62,373 bases of DNA from Promethearchaeota archaeon (GTDB lineage: Archaea; Asgardarchaeota; Lokiarchaeia; Sigyniarchaeales; SOKP01). The stretch is taken from assembly GCA_016839705.1 (NCBI GenBank), contig JAEOTR010000066.1, forward strand, positions 1 to 62,373. Direction: 5' to 3'. The notes beneath the pieces are model-generated. The model saw only the letters and a program-made list of their open reading frames with translations, was not told the DNA's origin and ran no database searches. The translations under genes were made by a program, and so were the position numbers. Below are positions 29,998 to 41,309 of this stretch, piece after piece; the stretch's first letter is position 1, and each line of letters opens with the position of its first letter.

Positions 29998-30996
29998 ATG
30001 GCAAAAAAAAAAGGAACTACTGATACGGATAGTAAAGAAAAAGATTCCACGGCAACATCTTCTTACAGCCTAAAGGATTTACCGGGAGTTGGAGATGCAA
30101 CATTAAAAAAGTTAAAGGATGCAGGAATTCTCTCAATCAGAACACTGGCAATGTATCCCTTAAGAAATTTAACAGATGAAGTAGGATTAGGGGATAAGAC
30201 GGCTGAAAAATTGGTTAAGATGGCGCAAGATGTAGAAAAAATGGGTTTCAAATCTGCGGATATAATATGGGAAAAGAGGAAATCCTTAAATAAATTAACT
30301 ACGGGAAGTCAGAATCTGGATGATTTAATAGGAGGTGGGATTGAGCCTGGAGCGGTGACTGAGCTTTTTGGTGAATATCGTACAGGAAAAACACAATTAG
30401 CACATCAACTTTGTGTGAATGTTCACTTACCATATGAACAAGGAGGTCTTGAAGGAAATGCTCTTTATATTGATACTGAAGGTACTTTTAGACCGGAAAG
30501 AATAATACAAATGGCAAGTGCGATAGATATAGATTATACTGAAATTTTGAAGAAGATAACCATTGGGAGGGCTTATAATAGTGATCATCAGATATTATTA
30601 GTAAGAGACGCTCCGAAGATTATAGAGGAAAAGGAGATTAAATTAGTAATAGTAGATTCCTTGATAGGGCACTTTCGGAGTGAGTATATTGGAAGGGGGA
30701 CTTTAGCATTACGTCAGCAGACGTTAAATTCTCATATACATGACCTTTTGAGATTATCTGAAGTATACGATGAACTCGCGGTGGTCTTTACTAACCAAGT
30801 ATCCTCGAAACCTGATGTTTTTTATGGCAACCCAACAACTCATACAGGTGGACATATTGTCGCTCATGGGGCAACTATTAGAATATTCTTAAGAAAAGGA
30901 AAAGGAGAACAAAGAGTTGCTAAAGTTGTTGATGCCCCTAACTTACCTGAGAGTGATACTGTGTTTACGATTACTGAAGACGGAATAAAAGATTAA
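29998..30996 (+). CDS. radA: DNA repair and recombination protein RadA
   Basis: HhH LPGVG, GEYRTGKTQLAHQL, YIDTEGTFRPER, IVDS, FRSEYIGRG.LA.RQQ, TNQV. Confidence 0.97.
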   Translation: MAKKKGTTDTDSKEKDSTATSSYSLKDLPGVGDATLKKLKDAGILSIRTLAMYPLRNLTDEVGLGDKTAEKLVKMAQDVEKMGFKSADIIWEKRKSLNKLTTGSQNLDDLIGGGIEPGAVTELFGEYRTGKTQLAHQLCVNVHLPYEQGGLEGNALYIDTEGTFRPERIIQMASAIDIDYTEILKKITIGRAYNSDHQILLVRDAPKIIEEKEIKLVIVDSLIGHFRSEYIGRGTLALRQQTLNSHIHDLLRLSEVYDELAVVFTNQVSSKPDVFYGNPTTHTGGHIVAHGATIRIFLRKGKGEQRVAKVVDAPNLPESDTVFTITEDGIKD

Positions 30997-31044
30997 AAAC
31001 GAGAAGTTTTACTGATACTTGGGGATATCACTTATAAAATAGAA

Positions 31045-31482
31045 TCAATAATTTATATTGACACTCACTTCGAATCCGGTTCTTAAAGATTCTGAAATAA
31101 TACAATATTGTTCGAAAAATTTCCTACATTGATCTGCTCTTTTACGCATTTCTGGAGTATCAATTTTAGGCATCATTTCTACATCAATCTTCTTAACTCT
31201 CCAGAATCTTTTGTCATTTCTAGAGATTGTAACTTCAGCTTTAGCTTCCAATCCTGATAATGAAAACTTTTTCTTTTGGAGACAAAATGAAAAACTTGCA
31301 GCTAAACAACCTAGAACGGATAATGCTAATAATTTAGTAGGGGAAGTCCCTATTTTTTCATTTTCTTTTTTATTTTTTTCATCAATATATAAGTTACCCA
31401 TTTTAAGGTTTCCAAAATCACATTTAAAAATCATTTCTTCTTTTTGTTTTAAACCAACTTTAGTCTTTAACACGTTTGACAT
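31045..31482 (-). CDS. OsmC family protein
   Basis: SPTKLLALSVLGCL...FEQYCIISESLR. Confidence 0.85.
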   Translation of the reverse strand: MSNVLKTKVGLKQKEEMIFKCDFGNLKMGNLYIDEKNKKENEKIGTSPTKLLALSVLGCLAASFSFCLQKKKFSLSGLEAKAEVTISRNDKRFWRVKKIDVEMMPKIDTPEMRKRADQCRKFFEQYCIISESLRTGFEVSVNINY

Positions 31483-31527
31483 ATAAAATCATCGATTTTA
31501 TGGATTTTTTTTCTAAAAATAAAATAA

Positions 31528-31995
31528 TTACAGATCAAGATTTACATTTACTTCAATTCCAGATCTCACTGATTGTGTAACAATACAATATTGTTCGAAA
31601 AAACTTACACCATCTTTTACAGATTTTAAACACTGTTTTGCTCTTTTGAGGGTGTTAGGATCTGTTATTATTGGCAGTATATTAACATCAATCTTTTTAA
31701 TTCTCCAAAAGCCTTTCTCATTTTTAGTGATGAAAACCTCCGCTTCAGCTGTAAAATCATCCACTTTAAAATTCCTCTTTCTTATGCAAAAGATAAAGCT
31801 TGCACTTAAGCATCCTAATACACCTAAAGCTAGTAGTCTTGAGGGATTAGGACCAAGCATGTCAACTTCTTCGCGATGTTCTTCATCAATATAACAATCC
31901 TTAACCTTCAAATTCCCTAAATCGCATTTGAATATCATCTGAGATTCAGATTCATCCAATTTAATCCCAACTTTTGTTTTAATATCATTTGAAAT
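31528..31995 (-). CDS. OsmC family protein (tandem paralog; probable ATT start at 31995, ORF-track start 32004)
   Basis: GPNPSRLLALGVLGCL...FEQYCIVTQSVR; ISNDIKTKVG aligns with paralog MSNVLKTKVG. Confidence 0.8.
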   Translation of the reverse strand: MSNDIKTKVGIKLDESESQMIFKCDLGNLKVKDCYIDEEHREEVDMLGPNPSRLLALGVLGCLSASFIFCIRKRNFKVDDFTAEAEVFITKNEKGFWRIKKIDVNILPIITDPNTLKRAKQCLKSVKDGVSFFEQYCIVTQSVRSGIEVNVNLDL

Positions 31996-32091
31996 AATAT
32001 TCACCTACATTTAGCTAGAAATGAATAAATTGCAATAGAAAAAATTACTGATTATTTTTTATTATATGAGAAGAATTTAATATATTTCCAC

Positions 32092-32682
32092 TTAGCTTGA
32101 TTCAATTTTTTTTAACTTAAAGTGGTGATATAAATGGAAAGTCAGAAAAAGAAAATAAATTATAATAACCAAGAAATATTCCAGTGCAAAAAATGTCATG
32201 GATAATATCATTAGAATAAAAACCAGTATTTCTATAACTAAACAAGGTTTACAACCGTAATATTTTTCATCAAAAAATGATTGTGGATTTTTATATTCCA
32301 GTAAGTATTTAGAAATATTATCAAATTCTTCTTTTGAAATTAATAATTTAAGACCTATTTGTTTTTTTTGAAAATAAAAAAAGTTTGTACCCCAATCAAA
32401 AGTATCGATGATAATATGGATAATATAACTGAATCCACTGATGATGAGAAAGGTTAAATTAAATATAAATCCTAAGATGAGAATTACAGCTCCCGGAATA
32501 ATAGAATGAGTAATTAACAATCTATGGTTATTTTCTGGGGCAAATTTAGAAAGGATTATATCAAAATCGCAAATGAATGAAAATATCAATATTAGAAAGA
32601 ATTCTAGAAAGTTAAACCTATAGAAATAATTAAAAATGGATGCGCTAATAACTCCAATACCAAAATGAACATTTATATGTAT
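32092..32682 (-). CDS. Membrane-bound metal-dependent hydrolase-like protein (YdjM-like)
   Basis: Upstream in-frame H-x3-H (IHINVHF), DFD, HRxxxTHS, HIIID; probable ATA start at 32682. Confidence 0.7.
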   Translation of the reverse strand: MHINVHFGIGVISASIFNYFYRFNFLEFFLILIFSFICDFDIILSKFAPENNHRLLITHSIIPGAVILILGFIFNLTFLIISGFSYIIHIIIDTFDWGTNFFYFQKKQIGLKLLISKEEFDNISKYLLEYKNPQSFFDEKYYGCKPCLVIEILVFILMILSMTFFALEYFLVIIIYFLFLTFHLYHHFKLKKIESS

Positions 32683-32696
32683 TAGTATCCCCTGTT

Positions 32697-33680
32697 TTAC
32701 GTGATGTATTGTTTTTTTCCTTTTCTTTTTAAAACTTTTTTTTTCACAACAAACCCAGAAGGTCCTTTTCTCTCTACAAGAAATGACGCAGTTGCGGAAG
32801 CTAAATAACCAGCATTTTCAATAGATTTCCATGATTGATCGCTATGTAGGAATTCATATAAAAAAATAGATAAATATACGTCTCCCGCACCTGTTTCATC
32901 GATAACTTTCTTTGGTTTAAAGGCGGGAATTTTTAAAAGTCTCTTTCCTCTTTGGTAGATCAACGAACCACTTTCTCCTAAAGTCATAATAAATATCCCT
33001 TTTGTACCATATTTTTCAAAGTGCATCATTACTTTATCAAGATCATCATACTCATTTGCCAGCAATTTCATTTCTTCTTCAGATCCTTTAAGAACTAACT
33101 TGTCCCCAATTAAATTTATAATTTTTTTCAGATTGGATATGATTTTTTCATCATAATCATAGGAAACGATACCACGTTCATCGATATTTCTAATAAATCC
33201 TTGCAAATCTAATCCAATAAATATATTTGGAAATTGTTTGGATATTTGAGATACATATTCATAGGATATTTCGTTACATAGTGGTACTAATACAATTACA
33301 TCGGGGGGATTGTTAATATATTCTTGGGGAATATCTCTAAATACAAGATTAGGACTTTTAGATTTAAGTGTTAAGGTCCTAGCGTGGTCAAAATAGTCTA
33401 ATACAAAATTAGTATTTTCTACTTCGGAATATCGAATCCCCTTTAGATCAATATTTTTATCTCTAATAATACTAAATAAAGAATCATCAAAATTACTAGT
33501 TCCCACATGGGATATAATACTTATTTTTGCATAGTGGGTATAAGCTTTCAAGGCTAAAGAACAATAAGAAACGCTCCCTCCTAAAGAAGGCTTACTTATA
33601 CGTTTAAATCTAATGACATTATCAACAGCGAAATGCCCGATAAAAAATAAGGAAGTTTGGTTTTTATTTTGATTACTCAT
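32697..33680 (-). CDS. PfkB family carbohydrate kinase
   Basis: LGGSVSY, TLGESGS, DETGAGD. Confidence 0.9.
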   Translation of the reverse strand: MSNQNKNQTSLFFIGHFAVDNVIRFKRISKPSLGGSVSYCSLALKAYTHYAKISIISHVGTSNFDDSLFSIIRDKNIDLKGIRYSEVENTNFVLDYFDHARTLTLKSKSPNLVFRDIPQEYINNPPDVIVLVPLCNEISYEYVSQISKQFPNIFIGLDLQGFIRNIDERGIVSYDYDEKIISNLKKIINLIGDKLVLKGSEEEMKLLANEYDDLDKVMMHFEKYGTKGIFIMTLGESGSLIYQRGKRLLKIPAFKPKKVIDETGAGDVYLSIFLYEFLHSDQSWKSIENAGYLASATASFLVERKGPSGFVVKKKVLKRKGKKQYIT

Positions 33681-34832
33681 TTATGATGATTTTAATTTTT
33701 CAATTATATTATTCTTTTCTTCTAAGTCTATTTTTAATTTATTTATATTGTTTTGTAATTCTTTAACCAAACTAGACATTGGGCCGTGTGGTGTTATTAC
33801 CTGAGGTTGAGATGAGATTTTCATTTCATTTATTAATTTATCTTTAAGATTTACTTGTTCTTTGAGATCTTCAATGAGTCTTTTAGAGTCTACAAGAGAG
33901 AGTGTTTGGGGCGTTGTTTTAGACTTTTCCTGTAAATCTTCTTGTAATTGAGATAGTTCGATTTTCAAGGCTTCATTTTCGTTTTTTAGTTCTGTAATCT
34001 CCTCTGGTTCAAGTTTGAACCCACCATTTTCAAATTTTTGCTTTAGTTCAGATTTTTCCTTAGTCAAATTATCTACAATACGTTTGTATTTATTTAAATC
34101 AGCTTGTAAGTCTTGACATAATATCTCTAGAGGCCTTGAGGATGTTTGGGAGGGTTGTGGTTTTATCACTTGAGGTTTTAGGGTTTCAACTGATGATTTA
34201 GTTTCTTTTTCAATTAGTTTTTCATTTAACTCTGTTATCTTTGTATTTAAATCTTTAATGTTACTTTCTAATTCACTAATATGTAATTTCTTTTTTGATA
34301 ACTCTGATTGCAACTCTTCAATTATCTCTTTAGAAACTTCAGGATTGTCTTCAGGGGCAGTATTCGCCATAAATTCTACAGCAGAAAGTGCTTCATTTAA
34401 CTTCAATTTCAATTCAACTAAATCATTCTCTTTAAGGATTAATTCATTATTTTTAATATTAATTTCATTGTCTTTAATAGATATGACATTATCTTTTTCT
34501 GTTAGACTATTTATCAATCTTTTAATCCTATTAGAAAGATCAAGATTTTCCTTTTGAAGAGTATTAACTTGACTTCCATCTTCTACCGAACCTTTTTTTA
34601 CCTCTTCTTTTAACCGAGCGTTTTCATCAATAGTTTTCTTGACTACTTCTTCTGTTCTGCTAATGAGTTCAATGTTTTCGGCAATTTTGTTTCTTAATTT
34701 ATTATTTTCTTCTTCAAGATTTTTAAGTCGTTCAAATGTTTCTTCTACAACACTCGGTTTATTGGGATCATTTATCATCTTTTTACGCCACAAACTTATA
34801 AAATCTTCCACTTTTTCCTTTTCTTCTGACAT
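33681..34832 (-). CDS. Coiled-coil protein
   Basis: Long heptad-rich E/K/L sequence broken by P-rich linkers. Confidence 0.8.
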   Translation of the reverse strand: MSEEKEKVEDFISLWRKKMINDPNKPSVVEETFERLKNLEEENNKLRNKIAENIELISRTEEVVKKTIDENARLKEEVKKGSVEDGSQVNTLQKENLDLSNRIKRLINSLTEKDNVISIKDNEINIKNNELILKENDLVELKLKLNEALSAVEFMANTAPEDNPEVSKEIIEELQSELSKKKLHISELESNIKDLNTKITELNEKLIEKETKSSVETLKPQVIKPQPSQTSSRPLEILCQDLQADLNKYKRIVDNLTKEKSELKQKFENGGFKLEPEEITELKNENEALKIELSQLQEDLQEKSKTTPQTLSLVDSKRLIEDLKEQVNLKDKLINEMKISSQPQVITPHGPMSSLVKELQNNINKLKIDLEEKNNIIEKLKSS

Positions 34833-34892
34833 TTTTCTTTAATGGTTTCTATTACAGTTTTATTATTATCATTTTCAAATCTAAAGTAAAAA

Positions 34893-35792
34893 TTACTTTA
34901 TCAAAACTCCTGAAAAATATCCAACGCAATATCCACCTATCCTTCCAGTTTTTTCAGAGCTAGTATAATACTTCAGTAATTCACCTTTAGTCGCATTCAA
35001 ATTTTCAGATATTAACATGAGAGTAGTAATGGTTTGTGGTCCGCATACAGTGGTTTTTAAAGCATTCTTAAGAGCATTACGGGCATTTAGGTTTTCAAAT
35101 TCTTCAATAACTGCCAAATCTATCTCTTTAAATTTATCTAATTGATTTGAACTATCCACTTGTTTATGTGACATATCTGAGGAGGCTACTATCACAACGT
35201 CTTTATCTATTAAGTTTACTGCTTTAGTTATATCCTTTGCTATTTCATTTAGTATTTTAAAATCTCTAGGACCTGCGATTTTAATAGGTAAAATTTTTAC
35301 ATCTTTATCGAATGAGCAGTATTTTATAAATGGTAGTTGGATTTCTATATTATGTTCTTGTTCAGCCTGAAATCCCAGAAATAGAGAATTGTCGGACTCA
35401 ATAATATTACTATTGTCTAAAATCTTCCCTGATAATTGATCATCTATTACTAAATTTCCTAATGGGGTCTCCCATTCTCCTGTTTCCATCAATGCAATTT
35501 TATTATACCCAATGTGATCTGTGCCTAGAATTATTACTGTATCCGGGATTTTTTCTTTAAATAAGTTTAAATAAGTAAACGCCGCACAAGGTCCGGAATA
35601 CTCCATTCCGGCATGTGGAGACACACCCCCTATAATAGTCCTTTCATTATTATTGGCAGTTACGAGCCTTTCATTAGGCCCAAATATATCATCGATGAAA
35701 TATCCATCTAATGCGTCCATTAAACCCTTCTTTGACCCAGGGTACCAACTTCCCGCATGAGATGCTCTTCTAACCATTTTTTCATACACCAA
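34893..35792 (-). CDS. MEMO1 family protein (AmmeMemoRadiSam system protein B)
   Basis: HAGSWYP, PHAG.YSG, WETPLG, EHNIEIQLPF, ASSDMSH, CG, VGY. Confidence 0.93.
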   Translation of the reverse strand: MVYEKMVRRASHAGSWYPGSKKGLMDALDGYFIDDIFGPNERLVTANNNERTIIGGVSPHAGMEYSGPCAAFTYLNLFKEKIPDTVIILGTDHIGYNKIALMETGEWETPLGNLVIDDQLSGKILDNSNIIESDNSLFLGFQAEQEHNIEIQLPFIKYCSFDKDVKILPIKIAGPRDFKILNEIAKDITKAVNLIDKDVVIVASSDMSHKQVDSSNQLDKFKEIDLAVIEEFENLNARNALKNALKTTVCGPQTITTLMLISENLNATKGELLKYYTSSEKTGRIGGYCVGYFSGVLIK

Positions 35793-35900
35793 TCATTAAT
35801 AATTCAATATTAAATTTATTATTTTTAGATCCTAAATAATTTAATCTATACGTAGTAAAATTGTAAGAATTATTAAATTATTGAAAATACCTCTTTCATA

Positions 35901-36494
35901 ATGAATGAAGTAAAGGATAACAAAATCAATCTTGATGAAATTCAAGTACCAGAAAAGATTCCAACTAAGTTAATCAATTCAAGAGTTATTGTGTTCAATC
36001 CTTTATTCGCGTCTTATTTATATGTAAAAAAGGGTTTTTATGGAAGCCCCTTAGGGATTAATAAGCCCCGATTAGAATACTTTTCAAAACCTAGTGAATT
36101 ATCATTAATTGAAGCGTACTATTTATTAGAAAATAATGAGATCTCTATTTATGATGTGAAAGAGAAAAAAGATTTAAACTCTAAGGAGTTTTTCAAGCTT
36201 GCTAAAATAATTCATAACAAATTTGAAGAAAAGTATATAATTTATAAAGACTTAAGAGAAAAGAAGTATATTCCAAGACCTGGTCTCAAATTTGGAGCTG
36301 ATTTTGTTGTGTATCGTGTTGGACCGGGTCTTGAGCATTCCCTTTTCATGGTACACGTCTTACCACATGATTCTGAGATCACAGCGATAGATATGGTCCG
36401 TGCGGGGAGATTAGCTACATCTGTAAGAAAAAAATATGTCATTGCAAATCCTTTAACCAAATCGTACTATTTTTTTGAGTGGTTTAAACCTTAA
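35901..36494 (+). CDS. endA: tRNA-splicing endonuclease, catalytic subunit
   Basis: LSLIEAYYL, IYKDLR, RPGLKFGADFVVY, PG..HS, R.ATSVRK (Tyr/His/Lys triad region intact). Confidence 0.93.
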   Translation: MNEVKDNKINLDEIQVPEKIPTKLINSRVIVFNPLFASYLYVKKGFYGSPLGINKPRLEYFSKPSELSLIEAYYLLENNEISIYDVKEKKDLNSKEFFKLAKIIHNKFEEKYIIYKDLREKKYIPRPGLKFGADFVVYRVGPGLEHSLFMVHVLPHDSEITAIDMVRAGRLATSVRKKYVIANPLTKSYYFFEWFKP

Positions 36495-36517
36495 ATCCAA
36501 GAAAAAAATTGGTAGTT

Positions 36518-38344
36518 TTATAATAAAGATGAACTTCTTAATTTTTCTATAACCTTGTCTTTCAAAGCTTCAATTTGATGATAATCTTTATTCTGTACAG
36601 TCTGATTTATTCTTAAAATAGAGGTTATAAGATCAGGATCGATAACATTTTCAATCAGTAATCCTCTATTTAGTAAATCCTTACCTTCTTTATAAATTAA
36701 GAGAATGAATTTAATCATACTTAACAACTTTGGCACATCAGTAAAGCTATCTATTTCATCAAAGGCACTTTGGATTAAGAAACCATTTTTAACCAAATTT
36801 GCAATAAAGAGAGTTAACTGTGATTCTACAGGTAAATTTTTTTCACCAATTAATTGAATAACATGTTTTAAATCTTGTTCCTCAGCTAAAATGTCATTTA
36901 TCTGTTCTCGGCATTCTGACCAATCAATATCTATATCTACCCACTCGATATCTCTCTCATACCACCAATCCGCTAGGTATGTATAATAATTTGAATAGGA
37001 GTTAAGCCAATTGATAGCGGGATAATGTTTTAAATAAGCTAAACTAGAATCTAAAGCCCAAAAGACTTGAACTAAACGTTTTGTTGTTGCAGTAACAGGT
37101 TCACTAAAATCTCCTGCAGGAGGAGAAAGAGTTCCAACAATTGTTAGAGATCCAACTCTTTCAATACCATTTTGGGCTCCTCCTAGTGTTTTAACTACAC
37201 CTGCTCTTTCATAAAAACTTGAAAGTTTTGAGGGTAAGTATGCTGGATATCCTTCTTCGGCGGGCATTTCTTCTAATAACCCCGATATTTCTCTTAATGA
37301 TTCAGCCCATCTTGAGGTACTATCTGCGAGAACAGCAACATCATATCCCATATCACGATAATATTCTGCGATTGTAACTCCTGAAAATAAACTTGCCTCT
37401 CGGGCTGAAACAGGCATATTAGAAGTATTTGCTATAAGAACCACTCTTTCTAACAGAGGAGCCCCACTTTTAAGATCTTTAGTTTCTGAAAATTGTTTCA
37501 AAACATTCGCAATTTCATTCCCTGGTTCGCCGCAACCGATGTATACTATTATGTCCGCGTTACACCACTTTGCTAGGGATTGCTGAATAACCGTTTTTCC
37601 AGTCCCGAATCCCCCAGGAATAGCGGTAGTCCCTCCCTTTGCTAGTGGAAATAATAAATCAATCACCCTTAATCCTGTAATTAAAGGCTCATTTGGATCT
37701 TTTTTCATTTTATAAGGTCGACTTTTCGTGATTGGCCATTTTTGTAACATTGTAAAATCCTTATCTTTTCCATCAATATTTATACTAAATATCTTGTCTA
37801 TAATTGTATAATCGCCCTCGATGGCAACAGAAGATAGTTTCCCCGAAATATTTGGTGGAACCATTATTTTATGTTCTAGAAATTGGGTTTCTTGCACAAC
37901 TCCAATAATATCCCCGCTTTCAACCATCATGTCTACTTCTCCTGATGGTGTGAAATGCCATTTTTTAGATCTTGATAAAGAGGGAAATTTAATACCCCGT
38001 TCTAGATTTCCAGATTGATCATTCTCAAAAACTTTTTCTAAAGGTCTCTGTATTCCATCAAAAACATTCGAGAGGAGTCCTGGGGCTAATTCCATTGAAA
38101 GAGTTTCATTCAAACCAACGACTTCATCATTTAATTTTACTCTTATTGTGTTTTCGAAACATTGAACAATTACATGGTCAGAATAAATCTGTATTACTTG
38201 ACCTAATATATCATAATCGGAGATCTTAATCAAAGAATGAAGTTTTACTTGATTTTCTAATCCTTTTACTTTAATAAGCGATCCATTAATTGATGAAATG
38301 TAGCCACTACTAGATTCTTTGTCAATTTTATTTATTGTTTTCAT
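36518..38344 (-). CDS. atpA: A/V-type ATP synthase subunit A, second copy (GER changed to GEP)
   Basis: [37 protein letters not shown]; GCGEPGNE; ATG at 38344 avoids overlap with the upstream gene. Confidence 0.9.
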   Translation of the reverse strand: MKTINKIDKESSSGYISSINGSLIKVKGLENQVKLHSLIKISDYDILGQVIQIYSDHVIVQCFENTIRVKLNDEVVGLNETLSMELAPGLLSNVFDGIQRPLEKVFENDQSGNLERGIKFPSLSRSKKWHFTPSGEVDMMVESGDIIGVVQETQFLEHKIMVPPNISGKLSSVAIEGDYTIIDKIFSINIDGKDKDFTMLQKWPITKSRPYKMKKDPNEPLITGLRVIDLLFPLAKGGTTAIPGGFGTGKTVIQQSLAKWCNADIIVYIGCGEPGNEIANVLKQFSETKDLKSGAPLLERVVLIANTSNMPVSAREASLFSGVTIAEYYRDMGYDVAVLADSTSRWAESLREISGLLEEMPAEEGYPAYLPSKLSSFYERAGVVKTLGGAQNGIERVGSLTIVGTLSPPAGDFSEPVTATTKRLVQVFWALDSSLAYLKHYPAINWLNSYSNYYTYLADWWYERDIEWVDIDIDWSECREQINDILAEEQDLKHVIQLIGEKNLPVESQLTLFIANLVKNGFLIQSAFDEIDSFTDVPKLLSMIKFILLIYKEGKDLLNRGLLIENVIDPDLITSILRINQTVQNKDYHQIEALKDKVIEKLRSSSLL

Positions 38345-38363
38345 TAAATTTCTTCTCTTTATG

Positions 38364-38801
38364 TTATATTTGTTCCCCACAAAAAGGACATTTATTTTTA
38401 ATAAAATTTGGTAATATATTTCCGCAATTTTCACAATTACTAATTAATGGTTTGCGATATTCAAATTCAAGATCAATGGCTTGAAATATCTTAGGCTGAA
38501 TTTGCTTAGGCTCTTTTTTAATAATTGGAGTTCTCTTCCGTCTTTCCTTCTCATACTTAGGTCCCTTTTTTTTATCTGGAAACATTCTAGAGTAAAGGGA
38601 TCCTCTTTTATTTTTGAGAAAAGGACCAAGAACAATTAAAAATACGAATAACAATAAAAAAAATGCAATAAGAGGATGAGATCCAGATTCTAGTAAAATG
38701 AGATATAAATATAAAAGAAAAAGGAGATATGCAAATAGTATAATGAACCTCAAGATAAGTCCTTTACTAGAGATCTTTTCTTTCCTATTTCCTTTTGACA
38801 T
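38364..38801 (-). CDS. Two-TM membrane protein with C-terminal zinc ribbon
   Basis: Two hydrophobic helices; CENC...CPFCG. Confidence 0.75.
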   Translation of the reverse strand: MSKGNRKEKISSKGLILRFIILFAYLLFLLYLYLILLESGSHPLIAFFLLLFVFLIVLGPFLKNKRGSLYSRMFPDKKKGPKYEKERRKRTPIIKKEPKQIQPKIFQAIDLEFEYRKPLISNCENCGNILPNFIKNKCPFCGEQI

Positions 38802-38827
38802 TGAAATTTGTAACTAAACTTGAATAT

Positions 38828-41299
38828 TTATTTAAATTTATTTTTAATGTAAATTATTGCTTTTTCAACCTCTTCCTTTATTGATTGAATGTCAATCTCT
38901 TTTTCAATCTCCTCAGAAATGACATCTTTCTCAATGCCCACTTTAAAGTTCAAGACTGAGAACTCCTCATCTAAATAGAATGGAAAGAATTCTATACCGG
39001 AACCCTTGTAAAACTTAAAGAAAAACTCATAAAAATGTAATCTGATTGTGTTCAGGAATACTAACAAACCTTCGAGCAAAATAACAATCATATTACCAAA
39101 AATTCCGCCTATTAAATTTACAATCTCTACTCCTATGCCTTCTCCTTCAACTAATCCCATCATTGCATTAATCGATGTTAATAAAGCAATATGAGCAAGA
39201 GCTAATGCTAATAATCTGAGATATGAAGCTACGTTGCTCATAACAGATAAGACTGTATCAAAAGCTTCTATTGAACCTTCGCCTAATAAACCACCCACTG
39301 ATTCTTCTTGTAAATAAGAAATTTTAAAGATTTTTCCGAGAGGTTTAAGTAGTAACAATAAAAGTCCTGGAATTACCGTTAATAAAATCGGGTAGGGGTA
39401 TGATATCCACACATTAATATCAAAACCAACTCCAAAAATTAGGACAGTTCCCCCCGTTAACAAAAATATTTTTATCAGTGAGTCACTAACGGCTAAATAT
39501 TTTCTCCTTTGTTTCCAATAATTCAAAAATTGAACAAACCATCCTAAATTAATATGAAAAACACCAATTAAAACCGCAAAAAAGAAAACATTCATTATAT
39601 TATGTAAAGGATTATACAGAGTAATATTTAAGACCGGGGAAATTAGCACAATGATCAAAGGTAGCAAAAAAAATACTAATCCAATACCGATTAACCAACT
39701 CCCTAATTTGGACTTTGTTATAAATCGATCTATTCCACCAATTATCAGAGAAATCGCCCCCATGCCGGAGATGGTGAGTAATATAGTTGGACTTGGGAGA
39801 ATACTTAACAAATTAATTGGTTGTAGGTGCAAAAGTACATTTCCAAAAATTTCGATTTCATGGTGACCTAAAAACTCTCCGTATAGAAAACCTATAAAAA
39901 AAGCAGCAATTCCACAATACATGATTATCCAAGAAAAATTAAACGCGTCTCCTCTTCGTTTTCTGAATTTGAGGGCACCGAGTAACCCTACTATTATAAG
40001 AACTAAACCATGTCCAATATCACCAAACATCAACCCAAATAAAATTGGGAAAGTAACCGCAATAATTGGTGTCGGATCAATTTCAAAATAATTTGGTGTG
40101 CCATACATTTTAGTTATTGTTTCAAATGGCCTTACTAAAAAGAAGTTTTTCATGACAGTAGGAGACATTTCTCTTAGATCTTTCTCTTCGCTATGTTCGT
40201 CAGTTTCTTTCAAATCTTCTTTGTATTTTATTTCAATTGAAGCTTTGCTTTTTTTACTTTCAGAACGCTCCCTTCTTGATTTTAAAGTAAAGTCTTCATA
40301 AACGGGTCGTTTTTTAGAGATATCGATAGTTTGTAGTACAATCTCATCTTTAAAGATTTTAAATAAAGTATCCTGAATTTCTTCCTGTTTAGATGAGGGA
40401 ACAAAGAATTTAAGAAGTACTCGATAATCGGATAATTTTTCGAACTGTTGTTCAGCCCAAAGATACTCCTCGATGTTCTGAACAGTTTCATTAATCCCAG
40501 CAAACTTTAGCAAGTTCTCATCTGTTAATCGGCGCTGTTCTTTCTTATATCTCGATAATAATTTTTCAATAAAACTAATTTCTTTATCAATTCTTATGAA
40601 ATTAGTTCCTTCAGTTGTTAAATATTTTTTTAGGATAAAAACTTCTTCAGAATGAATTAAACGTATTCTACCATTGAATTCTTCATCTTTATCTTTTGGA
40701 TAGAAAATATAAAATCCTATTCTTTCGTCTGATATGGGGAAAGTTTCATAATAATTGGGAAATTCGGTGTAAGTAAATAGATTTTTTAAGTTGGTCAAAT
40801 TTTTCGAAAATGTTGTGAAAACTCGAAATTTAAATTGTTCTAAACTACCTATTGTCCCTTGTATCATATTCAACTTTTCGAGATTTTTATAACAAACTCT
40901 TATTACCTTTACGTTCTCGAGTTCGATAGTACCTTTGGTAATGTAATTATTTAATTCAGCAAATCTGTTGTGATAGAAATCTATTTCTTCAAGGATTTGA
41001 TTAATTAATTCTTCTAAATTTTTCGCTGAAAATTCTATTCTTTCAGATTTATCAATTTTTAAATCTTTAATATCTACTTCATTGAGATTTAATCTTCTAA
41101 ACAATGACTCTAAATTCTTCCTTAAAGCTTTAATTTTTTCCAAAATGGGTTCTTTTTCTGTTAAATCCTCTTCAATTTTTGATTTTTCTTTCTGTTTTAT
41201 GTGGACAGTATTTAAATTAGAGAGTGTTATTAAGAATTGATCCCTATAATTGTGATTTAGTTCTGCTCTTATTAAAGTAAATTCATCTTTTTTAGTCAT
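38828..41299 (-). CDS. atpI: A/V-type ATP synthase subunit I (a)
   Basis: PFE.ITKMYG.P.Y.EIDPT, FGLMFGDIGHG, SYLRL.AL.LAH, RLHFYEFF.KFY.G. Confidence 0.93.
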   Translation of the reverse strand: MTKKDEFTLIRAELNHNYRDQFLITLSNLNTVHIKQKEKSKIEEDLTEKEPILEKIKALRKNLESLFRRLNLNEVDIKDLKIDKSERIEFSAKNLEELINQILEEIDFYHNRFAELNNYITKGTIELENVKVIRVCYKNLEKLNMIQGTIGSLEQFKFRVFTTFSKNLTNLKNLFTYTEFPNYYETFPISDERIGFYIFYPKDKDEEFNGRIRLIHSEEVFILKKYLTTEGTNFIRIDKEISFIEKLLSRYKKEQRRLTDENLLKFAGINETVQNIEEYLWAEQQFEKLSDYRVLLKFFVPSSKQEEIQDTLFKIFKDEIVLQTIDISKKRPVYEDFTLKSRRERSESKKSKASIEIKYKEDLKETDEHSEEKDLREMSPTVMKNFFLVRPFETITKMYGTPNYFEIDPTPIIAVTFPILFGLMFGDIGHGLVLIIVGLLGALKFRKRRGDAFNFSWIIMYCGIAAFFIGFLYGEFLGHHEIEIFGNVLLHLQPINLLSILPSPTILLTISGMGAISLIIGGIDRFITKSKLGSWLIGIGLVFFLLPLIIVLISPVLNITLYNPLHNIMNVFFFAVLIGVFHINLGWFVQFLNYWKQRRKYLAVSDSLIKIFLLTGGTVLIFGVGFDINVWISYPYPILLTVIPGLLLLLLKPLGKIFKISYLQEESVGGLLGEGSIEAFDTVLSVMSNVASYLRLLALALAHIALLTSINAMMGLVEGEGIGVEIVNLIGGIFGNMIVILLEGLLVFLNTIRLHFYEFFFKFYKGSGIEFFPFYLDEEFSVLNFKVGIEKDVISEEIEKEIDIQSIKEEVEKAIIYIKNKFK

Positions 41300-41309
41300 T
41301 CAACCCAGC

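Noticed and set aside
38345-38434. ORF-track N-terminal extension of the second atpA
   Set aside because: It overlaps the upstream zinc-ribbon gene; ATG 38344 matches the paralog's start region.
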